Of a stretch of 64,000 nt of DNA, positions 11,461 to 22,585 are shown one piece after another. The translations under genes and the position numbers were made by a program. The stretch is from NCBI RefSeq assembly GCF_009914755.1, contig NC_060941.1; one strand, 5' to 3'. Each line of letters starts with the position of its first letter. Position 1 is the stretch's first letter. A model generated the notes under the pieces. That model searched no databases. It saw only the letters and a program-made list of their open reading frames with translations, and was not told where the DNA came from. This DNA is from the human T2T-CHM13v2.0 reference genome, Homo sapiens.

Positions 11461-14121
11461 ATTTGTGAAGGCCTGGACTCCACAGGGGGCTGGATGGAGA
11501 GGGTGTCTCACAGAGGTGGGGGCTGCTTCCCAGCTTTCAGGGGCTGCTGTGTTGCTGAGAAACCTGACCCCACTCTCACCCCGGCAAGGATGGTGCCAGG
11601 AGAGCCCCTGAGGGCCGGGAGAGGGGTGAGGGCAGGAGGGAGGGCTTCGAGGAACAGGTGGGTCTGGCCAGGGCCCCCTTAGTTAGGGACAGCTTGTTGT
11701 GAGGAGGTGAATTAGAGGGAGAGGAGGGCCACGGTTAGGGATGCAGAGGAGGGACACCATGGGTCAGGGGAAGGAACAAAGGAGACGGGAGTGTGTCCCA
11801 GCCCCAGGCAGGAGCTGTGCTGATTGGTGGGAAGCAGAATTAGGATGCTGGGCCACTGGACAGGCTGTGAATGCAGCTGTCTCCACTAGGGCCGCCACAA
11901 GAAGCCATCCCTGAGACCCTGAGGTTTCTTGTGCAAACTCGAGGGAAGGGGAGTACAGAGAGGGCAACAGGGAGTGAAGCCAGGCAAGGAAGGCAGGGGA
12001 AAGGTGGGGGCTAGAGGGGGACACGGTAGCCTGTGAGCAAGAGACAGGTATGCCCCAGCCCTGGCCAGTGCCGCTCTGAGGTGGGTGGCACACTCAGGCT
12101 CCCCTGGCTTGCTGGCTTCAGTGCCCCCAACTCCGGGCCAGAGCTTGTATAGCCCTGGGTGGCCTCTGGGGCAGGACTGACACTCCAACACTGTTGTGGG
12201 CGCCTGGAGCTCCCTTCCGCTGGGGAAGCCCTCCCTCATCCCACCCAACAGGTGAGGGAGCTGGGGTATTTATCCACCATCTCCCATCAGCTGCGGGTTG
12301 AGGGCTGCTCCCAGGGGGACATGAACTCTTCTGCATTCCCACATCAGGCTACAGAGGGCCAGAGAGAGTTCTCCGGCACAGTGATGTGCGGGTGGGTGGA
12401 AGCCAGTGTGTGCTGCATTGGAGGGGCAGGGGGTGTGGGTGGAACACCAGAACTGGACACAGGGCCCCACTGCAGCCCGGGCCTTGTCTCTGGGTCTCTC
12501 TAACCAGGGAGGAGAGCCCCGTGGGTGGGACGTGTGTATACACATGTGCACTTGTGCACCCAGGCGCACACAAGAGCTTGCAGTGTCAGGACACCAGGAA
12601 CAGACAAAGGTGACACAGTGCCGAAAGCCCCGCAGCTCCTGCTGAGGGAGGGCACGTTTCGTTGGGGAGGGCCTGGGCCCGGGTGTAGCTAAGGATATCC
12701 TTGAAGGCCCTATGGGGTACTCTGCTCTGCCAATTCTCCAAGCTCTGTGCCCTGAAGTAGAGAGATGGGGTGGGGGACCCAGGGAGCACCGTGACAGAGG
12801 TAGGCTGGAGGCTTCCAGAGCAACGTGGGGGATATTGTGGGGAGTGGGAAGAAGCCCAGTAAAGGGTCCTGGCTGCCTGGAGAGACTAGAAGTGACCTGA
12901 GTCTCTAATGGCCACAACGGAGACAGCTTTCCCAACTCTGCCTCTCACCCAGTGAAGGTGGAGAAGTGAGAAGGCGAGGCTTTCCCGAGACAATGCCAGT
13001 GGGGATGGGATGAGGGTCGCACCGCAGGGGTGGAGGAGCCGAGAGGGTGGGGGTGAGGGGAAGACAGGGAAGGGACGGTACAGACCAGGAAGTGTGGATA
13101 AGCCCAGCCAGGCCGCACCCCGCTTTCCTGAGTGGGCTTCCTGGCTGCTCTCACTGCCAGGCACCTTCTGGGCACCTACTGTGTGCTCAGCACTGTGCTA
13201 GGTCTTGGGTGAGAGATGAGCAGCCACCCAGGGGGGACCCCAGGGACCCCCCAAAAAACACAAAGCTCAGAGCCTCTGGCTCTGGAAGGCCACCAAGAGG
13301 ACAGCTCCAAGACAAGTCTGAGGGTCATCGGAGAAGCTGGAGGCGGAATCCCTGGGCAGGCAGATGGAGCCTGGGGCTCCCCTCCCATTGAGAGAATCTG
13401 AGGGCGGAGGGGCTGCTTCAGGGAACAGCCAGGAACATCTGAGCCTCAGAACCTGCAGCCCAGAGGCCCAGAGTTCTATCATCTCCCATGGCAGACATGC
13501 GCTCTGGGCTTCGTCGCAGAGAAGGCAGCCCTGAGACCAGGCATCTGGGCCATTCTGCTCAGGTTCAGCTTGGGGTGGCGAGGCCCCTGTGGGAGTGAGT
13601 GGGGTGTGATGAGCCGAAAAACACACATGCGACTACACAAAGTTGGGGGAGCCACTGGGGACCCTCCAAGCTGCAGTGGTGGGGGAAGGTCGCTGGAGGC
13701 CCTCCCAGACCCGGAAGACCTCATGCCTGGAAGAATTTCTCTCCACACCATGCCTAAAGGCTGCGGTCCCCTAATGCTACCCCCACCTGAGCCCATTTCT
13801 CCTTGACGTCCTCCTTCATGGGCACAGAACAGTAGTGGAGGAAAAGCCCCACTGTTTTTCCAGTTCAGGCCACCCCCTCCCCGTCCCTTAGTGTGACAGC
13901 ACAGCCCCTGCCCAGAGGTCCTCAGCCTCCCCTCCAGGCCTCCTTCTCTAGCCCCCTGCTACTGATGGCTCAGCTCTCCTGGGACCAGGACTGGGTGGAG
14001 AGTCAGATGGGGAAAACCATGTGTTAGCAGATGAGGTGGGTTTGGAATCCATAGAATAATACCTTCATTGTGGGTATTGTAGATTACTTTGCCATCCACA
14101 AACATCCTTATAACATTTGTC

Positions 14122-14279
14122 TTTTTTTTTTTTTTTTTTTTTTACTACGTGGGTAAATCTCTGTTCGGGGCTCTCAGCTCTGAAGGCTGTGAGACCCCTG
14201 ATTTCCCACTTCACATCTCTATATTTGTGTGTGTGTGTCTTTATTTGTTTATTTTTATTATACTTTAAGTTCTAGGGTA
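14122..14279 (-). mobile_element. Composite retro-insertion: L1PA 3' tip, short A tail, MER9 LTR fragment, poly(A)
   Basis: T22 (14122-14143); MER9-like tacgtgggtaaatctctgttcggggctctcagctctgaaggctgtgagacccc (14146-14242); L1 3' end reverse complement ttattatactttaagttctagggta (14255-14279). Confidence 0.75.
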
Positions 14280-14400
14280 ATCCTCAACTAGCCCACAGAG
14301 GTAGTAACCCACCTGTTTTGCAGCCAGGGAAACTGAGGCCTGGCAGCTCCCCTAAGATTGAAGGTCTGGTTCCAAGTCTAAGGCTTTTTTCACCCCTCAG
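14280..14400 (-). mobile_element. MIR (host of the composite insertion)
   Basis: atcctcaac...gaggtag...ggaaactgaggc. Confidence 0.6.
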
Positions 14401-14819
14401 TGAACTGAAGGGCCTTGGGTTCTGGGAGGCCAGAACCAATGAAGAGCTCTGTGGCAAGAGGGCAGCAAGGAGGCCTCAGGGTCTCCGTGATCTGGGACGT
14501 GCCCCACGTGAAGATGGGACTTCCCCAAAGATGGCCCCACCAGTGTCCAGCCGCCGAGCAATGAGAGTTCTGTGGATCCAGCATCTCCTTCCCCAGCTTC
14601 CTGACATCCTCCACCCCCCAGCTCCTTAAAATGATGCTTAATTTCAAACAATGCAGCCGGGGCCACCATCAGCCACAGTGGGCCCCCCTACACCCCAGCC
14701 AAGGAGTGTGCTGCTGGCCTCCAGCCCAGGGGTACCTCAGAGCCAGCTCATCCAAACTGCCAACTGACTTCCAACTCAGCTGCCCACACTTGCTTCAAAC
14801 CGAGGAGAATGCTTTCTAC

Positions 14820-15050
14820 AATTTGCTAACAGCAACACTGATCATTATTGATTGTTTACCGGGCATCAGGTGCTGCTTAGCCCCTCACATGTTTATCTCA
14901 TTGACTCTTTATACTGCCCTATGAGGCGGGGCTGTTATCCCCATTTAACAGATAAGGCAAATAAAACCCAGAGAGGTTAAGATACCTGCCTGATGGCACC
15001 CACGGATGGATGAAAAGCCAGGGAGGCCACACTAGGCATCCGTGAAGCTT
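14820..15050 (-). mobile_element. MIR
   Basis: ttatccccatttaacagataaggcaaa...cccagagaggttaag. Confidence 0.7.
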
Positions 15051-16312
15051 AACCCCTATGCAGTGGGAGTTCTTAGTAAGGCTGTCCTCCCAGCCCCACT
15101 GCCCCTTCCAATCCCCTCCCCAGGGAAATCCTTCCATCCCCAGTCTGTGGTCAAACAGCATTCAGAGATGAGCTAGCTGAAGGAATTGGAGCCTTCGGAG
15201 CGTGGGCCTCGGGCAGCCCACTCCCCAAATCTGGCCTCCAAGCCAGCTCCACCTGCCAGTCTCCCGTCCCCAGCCCCATCCCAGCTCTACCTCAGAGCAT
15301 CACCTCCCACCCCTGCCCTCAGCTCACCAACACCTGCAGGTCCTGCTGGCAGACCAGGCTCAAGAGAGGCCTGGGCCATATATATTTATCAAAGCTCTCA
15401 GTGGCTTGGGAACACCAATGAGACTATTATTTGGAGATAAGGCCAGAGACCACCCTTGGCTGCCAGATAGCAGCCCTACCGGCTTCTGTCCCTCCAAGGG
15501 GTCCTTGACTGATCCCTGCTGCCCAGCCTCATTGCCCATTGGGCCAAGGCAGGTGGAGCAGAAGAAGGGGTGGTGGCCTCTTAGGTGCCTAAGGAGCCCA
15601 GGTTGGGGGCACGGCAGGCATCAGCTAGGGTGAGGGGGCATGGGGGCAGCAGCTGGTGGGCCTGCCTGGCTCATCCTCATCACAGGGGAAGGGGGAGGGA
15701 GTGGATGGCAATCCACTCTAGAACATGCAGCGGGGAAGCTGCTGGGCAGGGCAGCAAGGGCAGGTGAGGGGCCAGGTGAACTAGGCCCCTTCCCCACCCT
15801 TCCTGAGACCTGCTGCCTGGGGCCTGCTGGCCCTGCTGCCCTGTGTGTTGAAGATAAATGTTCCAGGTGCACCTAGGTCCTCAAGTAGAAGGCAGAGACA
15901 CTACCCCAGCCTGCTCTGGGCAGCCACCCCGAGAGCCCAGGCCATAGCTGAGGGGGCAGTAGGGTGGGGGGAGGGAGGGGGAGTTGTGGGGAGCAAAGTC
16001 ACAGATACAGGGGGTGCCCTCCAGGAAAGGAGTTGAATCTGGAGTGGGGGTGGGGAGGGTGGCGGGACTGAAGTCTTGGAGCGGGATTTCAGCCTGGCAG
16101 TGGGCCATGGCCCCAAGGGGCATCAGCCACTCATGTGAGGGCACTGACCAGTGCTCCGAGTGGCCACCAGAGGAATGATTCCAGGGCTGATGGATGGGGG
16201 TGGGCACAGGGATGGGGGACCTGGGGAAGCAGTGATCAAACATACCCACGAAAGCCTTCTGTGAGTGGGGTCCCAGGCAGAGTCTCGGAGGGAATGAGCC
16301 TTCTGCGAATTA

Positions 16313-16790
<478 letters not shown>

Positions 16791-16799
16791 GTCCCATTT

Positions 16800-17500
16800 C
16801 AACCATGTTAGTGCACAATTCAGTGACTTTAAATACACAATGTCGTGCAACTGAAACCACTGAGATAGAAAAAGTTCTGGAACTTCTTCATCACCCCAGA
16901 TGGAAATCCCATACCCACCAGTCACTCCTCATTCTCCCCTCCCCCAGCCCCTGCCCGCCACGAATCTGCTCTCTGCCTCTGTAGATCTGCCTGTTTTGGC
17001 TGTTTCACGTAAGTGGAATTAATCGTACAATATGTGTCCTTTTGTGTCTGGCGTCTTCATTTAGCATAATGTGTTTCCACTTAGCATAATGTGTTTCGGC
17101 TTAGCATAATGTTTTCAAGGTCCATCCACATGGTAGCAGGTATCAAAACGTCATTCCTTCTTATGGCTGAATGCTATTCCCTTGTGTGGAGAGACCGCAG
17201 TTTCTCCATTCATCAGTGGATGGACATATGGGTTCTCTCCACCTATTCCAAGTTATCATGAATAGTCCTGCTATGAGCATGCATGTACACGCTTTTGTTT
17301 GAAGGCCTGATTTCAATTCTTTGGGATATATAGCTGGGAGTATAAGTGCTGGGTCATATGATAACTCTGCTTAACTTATCTAGGAACCACCAAGCTGTTT
17401 CCTGCAGCGGCTGCACAATTTTCCATTCCCACCAGCAGTGTATGAGGGTCCCAACTTCCCTATATCCTCGACAAAGCTTGTGATTGTCTGGGTTTTGTGA
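16800..17500 (-). mobile_element. Old L1 (L1MB-like) 3' region
   Basis: cttagcataatgttttcaaggtccatcc...cattcccaccagcagtgtatgaggg hallmarks. Confidence 0.8.
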
Positions 17501-17789
17501 CAAAGTGGGTGTGCTGGTTCTTGTTTTTTAAAAGATCCACGACTCCCTGCGTGGAGAACAGGGCCTGGAGTGAGGGTCTAGGTTGCCCATTCGTTGCTGG
17601 GGGGCCAGAAAGGGTTTTACTGTCACAGCCCTCCTGTGGCCTACAGGCGAGCCTCCCTCTCCTAACCACCCTCCTGCCAACCTCCCCTTTGAAATGGGAG
17701 CACTCGGAAGGGACAGCTGGCAGCCTCCTCCCCTGGGCTCTGCCTGCTTCTCCTCACACCGGCTGGTGGTTTGTTTGCCAGTCACTTGT

Positions 17790-18486
<697 letters not shown>

Positions 18487-18517
18487 GAAGGAGAGTCCTT
18501 GAGAAAGATCAGTGATT

Positions 18518-18830
<313 letters not shown>

Positions 18831-18852
18831 TTAGAGGTTAAAATTACATGTG

Positions 18853-19130
18853 TGTTGTGGGGCTGCCCACAATTGTGCCCCCAAATAGGCATGTTGAAGT
18901 CCTAAACCCCAGTACCTGTTAATGCGACCTTATTTGGAAGTAGGGTGTTTGCAGACATAATCAAGTTAAGATGGTGTCATTAGGGTGGGCCCTAATCCAT
19001 TATAACTATGTCTTTATAAAGAAGAGAAGAGACACAGAGACACACAGGGAGAATGCCATGTGACAACCTATGCAGAGACTGGAGTGACAGGCCAGGCCAG
19101 TGGGGAGAACATGAGGACAATGGAACCTGG
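18853..19130 (+). mobile_element. MaLR LTR fragment (MLT1B/C-like)
   Basis: atgttgaagtcctaaaccccagtacct...accttatttggaagtagggt...ggtgggccctaatcca. Confidence 0.75.
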
Positions 19131-19785
19131 ACTGCCAAGCTCCAGCCCCCAAATCCCTCCCTTCTGGTTCCGGAGGCCCCAGGGTTACTCTCCCGCACAC
19201 TAACTGCTTTGAAAACCTCATTCCTCAAATCTACTCCATCATGGGTGGCCTGAAGAAGCCTGGACAGGAGGTCCTGGGTGACCTGTGAGGGCATACACCA
19301 CAGAGCTGGGTGCAAACCTGCAGAGCCAAAACCTGGGGCTCCTGGCTTCAAATCCACCTCTCACCAGTATTTGAGTTCTCTTTCCAGCGGAAAGTCTGCC
19401 CGGCCTCAGAGTTGCAGCCAGGAGAGTGGCTCAGAATCCAGCATGAAAACATTTGGAAGACATCAAGGTCCATTTAACCAGCACAAGAGCCCCAGCCTTC
19501 TTTGCTGTGTCAATGTGGGCTTCTCCAAGCCTCAGTTTTACTTATCCATGAAGTGGGTGTATTAAGGTAACGTTAAGTGGCTATAACAAAGAGACTCATG
19601 ACAAATCAATGCCTTAAGGAAGATCATGTCTCTCTCTTGTAACAGTCCATAGTGCACATCCTGGGCTACTGTTCCACATGGAATCCAGGGACCTGGTTCC
19701 CTTCACTTTCTTCCTCTCCATTCCTTAGGACATTGTCCTCCTCGTCATAGACAGACACATCACAGGCCCGTCCTTGTTCTGACTC
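18990..19785 (-). ncRNA. MAPT-AS1: MAPT-AS1 lncRNA 3' terminal exon (3' end approximate); its intron spans the rest of the window
   Basis: Strong minus-strand acceptor tttaccctctctttccctttctcag|GAGTCAGAAC at 19786/19785; embedded MIR with CACCCAC and CTGAGGC; minus-strand TATAAA near 19013-19018; position between CRHR1 and SPPL2C fits the known locus. Confidence 0.75.
19495..19560 (+). mobile_element. MIR fragment inside the MAPT-AS1 exon (inverted relative to the lncRNA)
   Basis: aagcctcagttttacttatccatgaagtgggt resembles the MIR core cctcagtttcctcatctgtaaaatggg. Confidence 0.7.
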
Positions 19786-19950
19786 CTGAGAAAGGGAAAG
19801 AGAGGGTAAACCAGGAGCCCCACGGTCTGTCAGCCTAAGCCCCTGATGTAAAGAGTTCACATCATTTTTGCTTAATTTCTCCTGGTCACCTGTCCGTTCC
19901 CAACTGTAAATGGAGTTGGAGGTGAATTCTGGTCATGTGCCTGGTAGAAA
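19560..19950 (-). mobile_element. Old MaLR LTR (MLT1K/L-like)
   Basis: gctataacaaag...ccttaag...atccagggacctggttccct...tcacatcatttttgctt pattern. Confidence 0.45.
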
Positions 19951-20530
19951 TGGGGACCAACTTTGAGGGACAGCCTCAGGCTGTGCAGATATAATGACAC
20001 CTCCTTGCAACTGTGCAATAGGTACAGCTAGGGTACCTGGCGCCTAGTAAGCCCTCGGTAAAAGTGCTCAATGTTACTGAGCTCAGAGCTCCAAGGGACC
20101 TTAGAAACTCTCTGGCCCAACGTCCTCATTTCTTTACAGCTAAAGAAACAGGCCTAGAGAGGAGTGACATTGGCCTGTGTTCCCCATGGGTAAGGAGAAA
20201 AGTTGGTTCAGAATCCTATCTGGCCTGCAAACCCCATGCTCACACCTTTTATTTCAAAGTACCTGGTCTAAACCCACTAGGGTCTGGGCAGAGAGCAGGG
20301 TCCATATGACCTCTCCCCTGGTCTCCCAGGGTTGGGGGGCATCATTCTAGAGGGACCCTGTGCCCCACAGCAGCGCCCTCGGCTGGGGACCACACAGCTT
20401 TATGACTAGGTAGGTGTGGCCCTGGTTTCCAGGACAGGTGGCCAGACTGCTCTGTGACAAAGGGCCACGCCTGCCCCTGGGAGGGGTATTGGGCTGCCGC
20501 CCGCAGATGTTGCAGTAGGAACTGAAGAAG

Positions 20531-22585
20531 ATGGCGTGCCTGGGCTTCCTCCTCCCCGTGGGCTTCCTCCTCCTCATCAGCACCGTGGCCGGGGGAAAGT
20601 ACGGCGTGGCCCACGTGGTGTCGGAGAATTGGAGCAAGGACTACTGTATCCTGTTCAGCTCCGACTACATCACCCTCCCCCGGGACCTGCACCACGCCCC
20701 ACTCCTGCCCCTGTATGATGGCACCAAGGCACCCTGGTGCCCGGGTGAGGATTCCCCCCACCAGGCCCAGCTCCGCTCCCCCAGCCAGCGGCCCCTCCGC
20801 CAGACCACTGCCATGGTCATGAGGGGTAACTGCAGCTTCCACACGAAAGGCTGGCTGGCTCAGGGCCAAGGTGCCCACGGGCTGCTCATCGTGAGCCGGG
20901 TCAGTGACCAACAGTGCTCAGACACCACCCTGGCACCCCAGGATCCCCGCCAGCCCCTGGCAGACCTCACCATCCCTGTGGCTATGCTCCACTATGCTGA
21001 CATGCTGGACATCCTCAGCCACACTCGTGGGGAGGCCGTCGTCCGCGTGGCCATGTACGCACCCCCAGAGCCCATCATCGACTACAACATGCTGGTCATC
21101 TTCATCCTGGCTGTGGGCACAGTGGCTGCAGGCGGCTACTGGGCCGGCCTGACCGAAGCCAACCGGCTACAGCGGCGCCGTGCCCGAAGAGGAGGGGGGT
21201 CTGGTGGTCACCATCAGCTGCAGGAAGCTGCAGCAGCTGAGGGAGCCCAGAAGGAAGATAATGAGGACATCCCAGTGGACTTCACGCCGGCCATGACAGG
21301 CGTGGTGGTCACCCTGTCCTGCTCGCTCATGCTGCTGCTCTACTTCTTCTATGACCACTTTGTCTATGTCACCATTGGGATCTTTGGCCTGGGTGCTGGC
21401 ATTGGCCTCTACAGCTGCCTGTCACCCCTGGTGTGCCGCCTGTCCCTGCGGCAATACCAGAGGCCTCCGCACAGCCTCTGGGCCTCTCTGCCGCTGCCTC
21501 TGCTGCTGCTGGCGAGCCTGTGCGCAACCGTGATCATCTTCTGGGTGGCCTACCGCAATGAGGACCGCTGGGCGTGGCTCCTGCAGGACACACTGGGCAT
21601 TTCCTACTGCCTGTTCGTCCTGCACCGTGTGCGGCTGCCCACTCTCAAGAACTGCTCCTCCTTCCTGCTGGCCCTGCTGGCCTTTGATGTCTTCTTTGTC
21701 TTCGTCACCCCCTTCTTCACCAAAACCGGTGAGAGCATCATGGCGCAGGTTGCCTTGGGCCCTGCAGAGTCTTCAAGCCATGAGAGGCTGCCCATGGTAC
21801 TCAAAGTGCCCCGGCTAAGAGTCTCCGCCTTGACCCTGTGCAGCCAGCCCTTCTCCATCCTTGGCTTCGGTGACATTGTGGTCCCCGGCTTCCTGGTTGC
21901 TTACTGTTGCCGCTTTGATGTGCAAGTCTGCTCCCGTCAGATCTACTTCGTGGCCTGCACCGTGGCCTATGCTGTGGGCCTGCTGGTCACATTCATGGCC
22001 ATGGTCCTCATGCAGATGGGCCAACCTGCCTTGCTCTACCTAGTGTCCAGCACCCTGCTCACCAGCCTGGCTGTGGCTGCCTGCCGCCAAGAGCTCAGCC
22101 TCTTCTGGACTGGCCAGGGCAGAGCTAAGATGTGTGGGCTCGGCTGTGCCCCTTCGGCTGGCTCTAGGCAGAAGCAGGAGGGCGCAGCAGATGCCCACAC
22201 AGCCAGCACACTTGAGAGAGGCACCAGCCGAGGAGCAGGGGACTTAGACAGCAACCCTGGAGAAGACACCACTGAGATTGTCACCATATCTGAGAATGAA
22301 GCCACCAATCCAGAGGACCGCAGTGATAGCTCCGAGGGCTGGAGTGACGCCCACTTGGATCCTAATGAGCTGCCCTTCATCCCCCCTGGGGCCTCGGAGG
22401 AGCTGATGCCACTGATGCCAATGGCCATGCTGATCCCACTCATGCCCCTGATGCCCCCGCCCTCAGAGCTGGGCCATGTCCATGCCCAGGCCCAGGCCCA
22501 CGAGACTGGCCTGCCCTGGGCGGGACTCCACAAGAGGAAGGGTTTGAAAGTAAGAAAGAGCATGTCGACCCAGGCTCCCTTGTGA
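20531..22585 (+). CDS. SPPL2C: Signal peptide peptidase-like 2C (intronless GxGD intramembrane aspartyl protease)
   Basis: Single 684-aa ORF with strong Kozak (aagATGG), signal peptide, PA domain (VMRGNCSF), several TM segments, FD386 (21683-21688), GFGD448 (21863-21874) and QPAL (22022-22033). Confidence 0.98.
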   Translation: MACLGFLLPVGFLLLISTVAGGKYGVAHVVSENWSKDYCILFSSDYITLPRDLHHAPLLPLYDGTKAPWCPGEDSPHQAQLRSPSQRPLRQTTAMVMRGNCSFHTKGWLAQGQGAHGLLIVSRVSDQQCSDTTLAPQDPRQPLADLTIPVAMLHYADMLDILSHTRGEAVVRVAMYAPPEPIIDYNMLVIFILAVGTVAAGGYWAGLTEANRLQRRRARRGGGSGGHHQLQEAAAAEGAQKEDNEDIPVDFTPAMTGVVVTLSCSLMLLLYFFYDHFVYVTIGIFGLGAGIGLYSCLSPLVCRLSLRQYQRPPHSLWASLPLPLLLLASLCATVIIFWVAYRNEDRWAWLLQDTLGISYCLFVLHRVRLPTLKNCSSFLLALLAFDVFFVFVTPFFTKTGESIMAQVALGPAESSSHERLPMVLKVPRLRVSALTLCSQPFSILGFGDIVVPGFLVAYCCRFDVQVCSRQIYFVACTVAYAVGLLVTFMAMVLMQMGQPALLYLVSSTLLTSLAVAACRQELSLFWTGQGRAKMCGLGCAPSAGSRQKQEGAADAHTASTLERGTSRGAGDLDSNPGEDTTEIVTISENEATNPEDRSDSSEGWSDAHLDPNELPFIPPGASEELMPLMPMAMLIPLMPLMPPPSELGHVHAQAQAHETGLPWAGLHKRKGLKVRKSMSTQAPL

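Noticed and set aside
18992-19357. 121-aa minus-strand ORF in the MAPT-AS1 exon
   Set aside because: Starts at GTG, runs into MLT1 sequence and shows no coding features.
20509-20522. GTTGCAGTAGGAAC as an RFX X-box for testis expression of SPPL2C
   Set aside because: Several mismatches to GTTRCCATGGYAAC; too weak to call without ChIP data.
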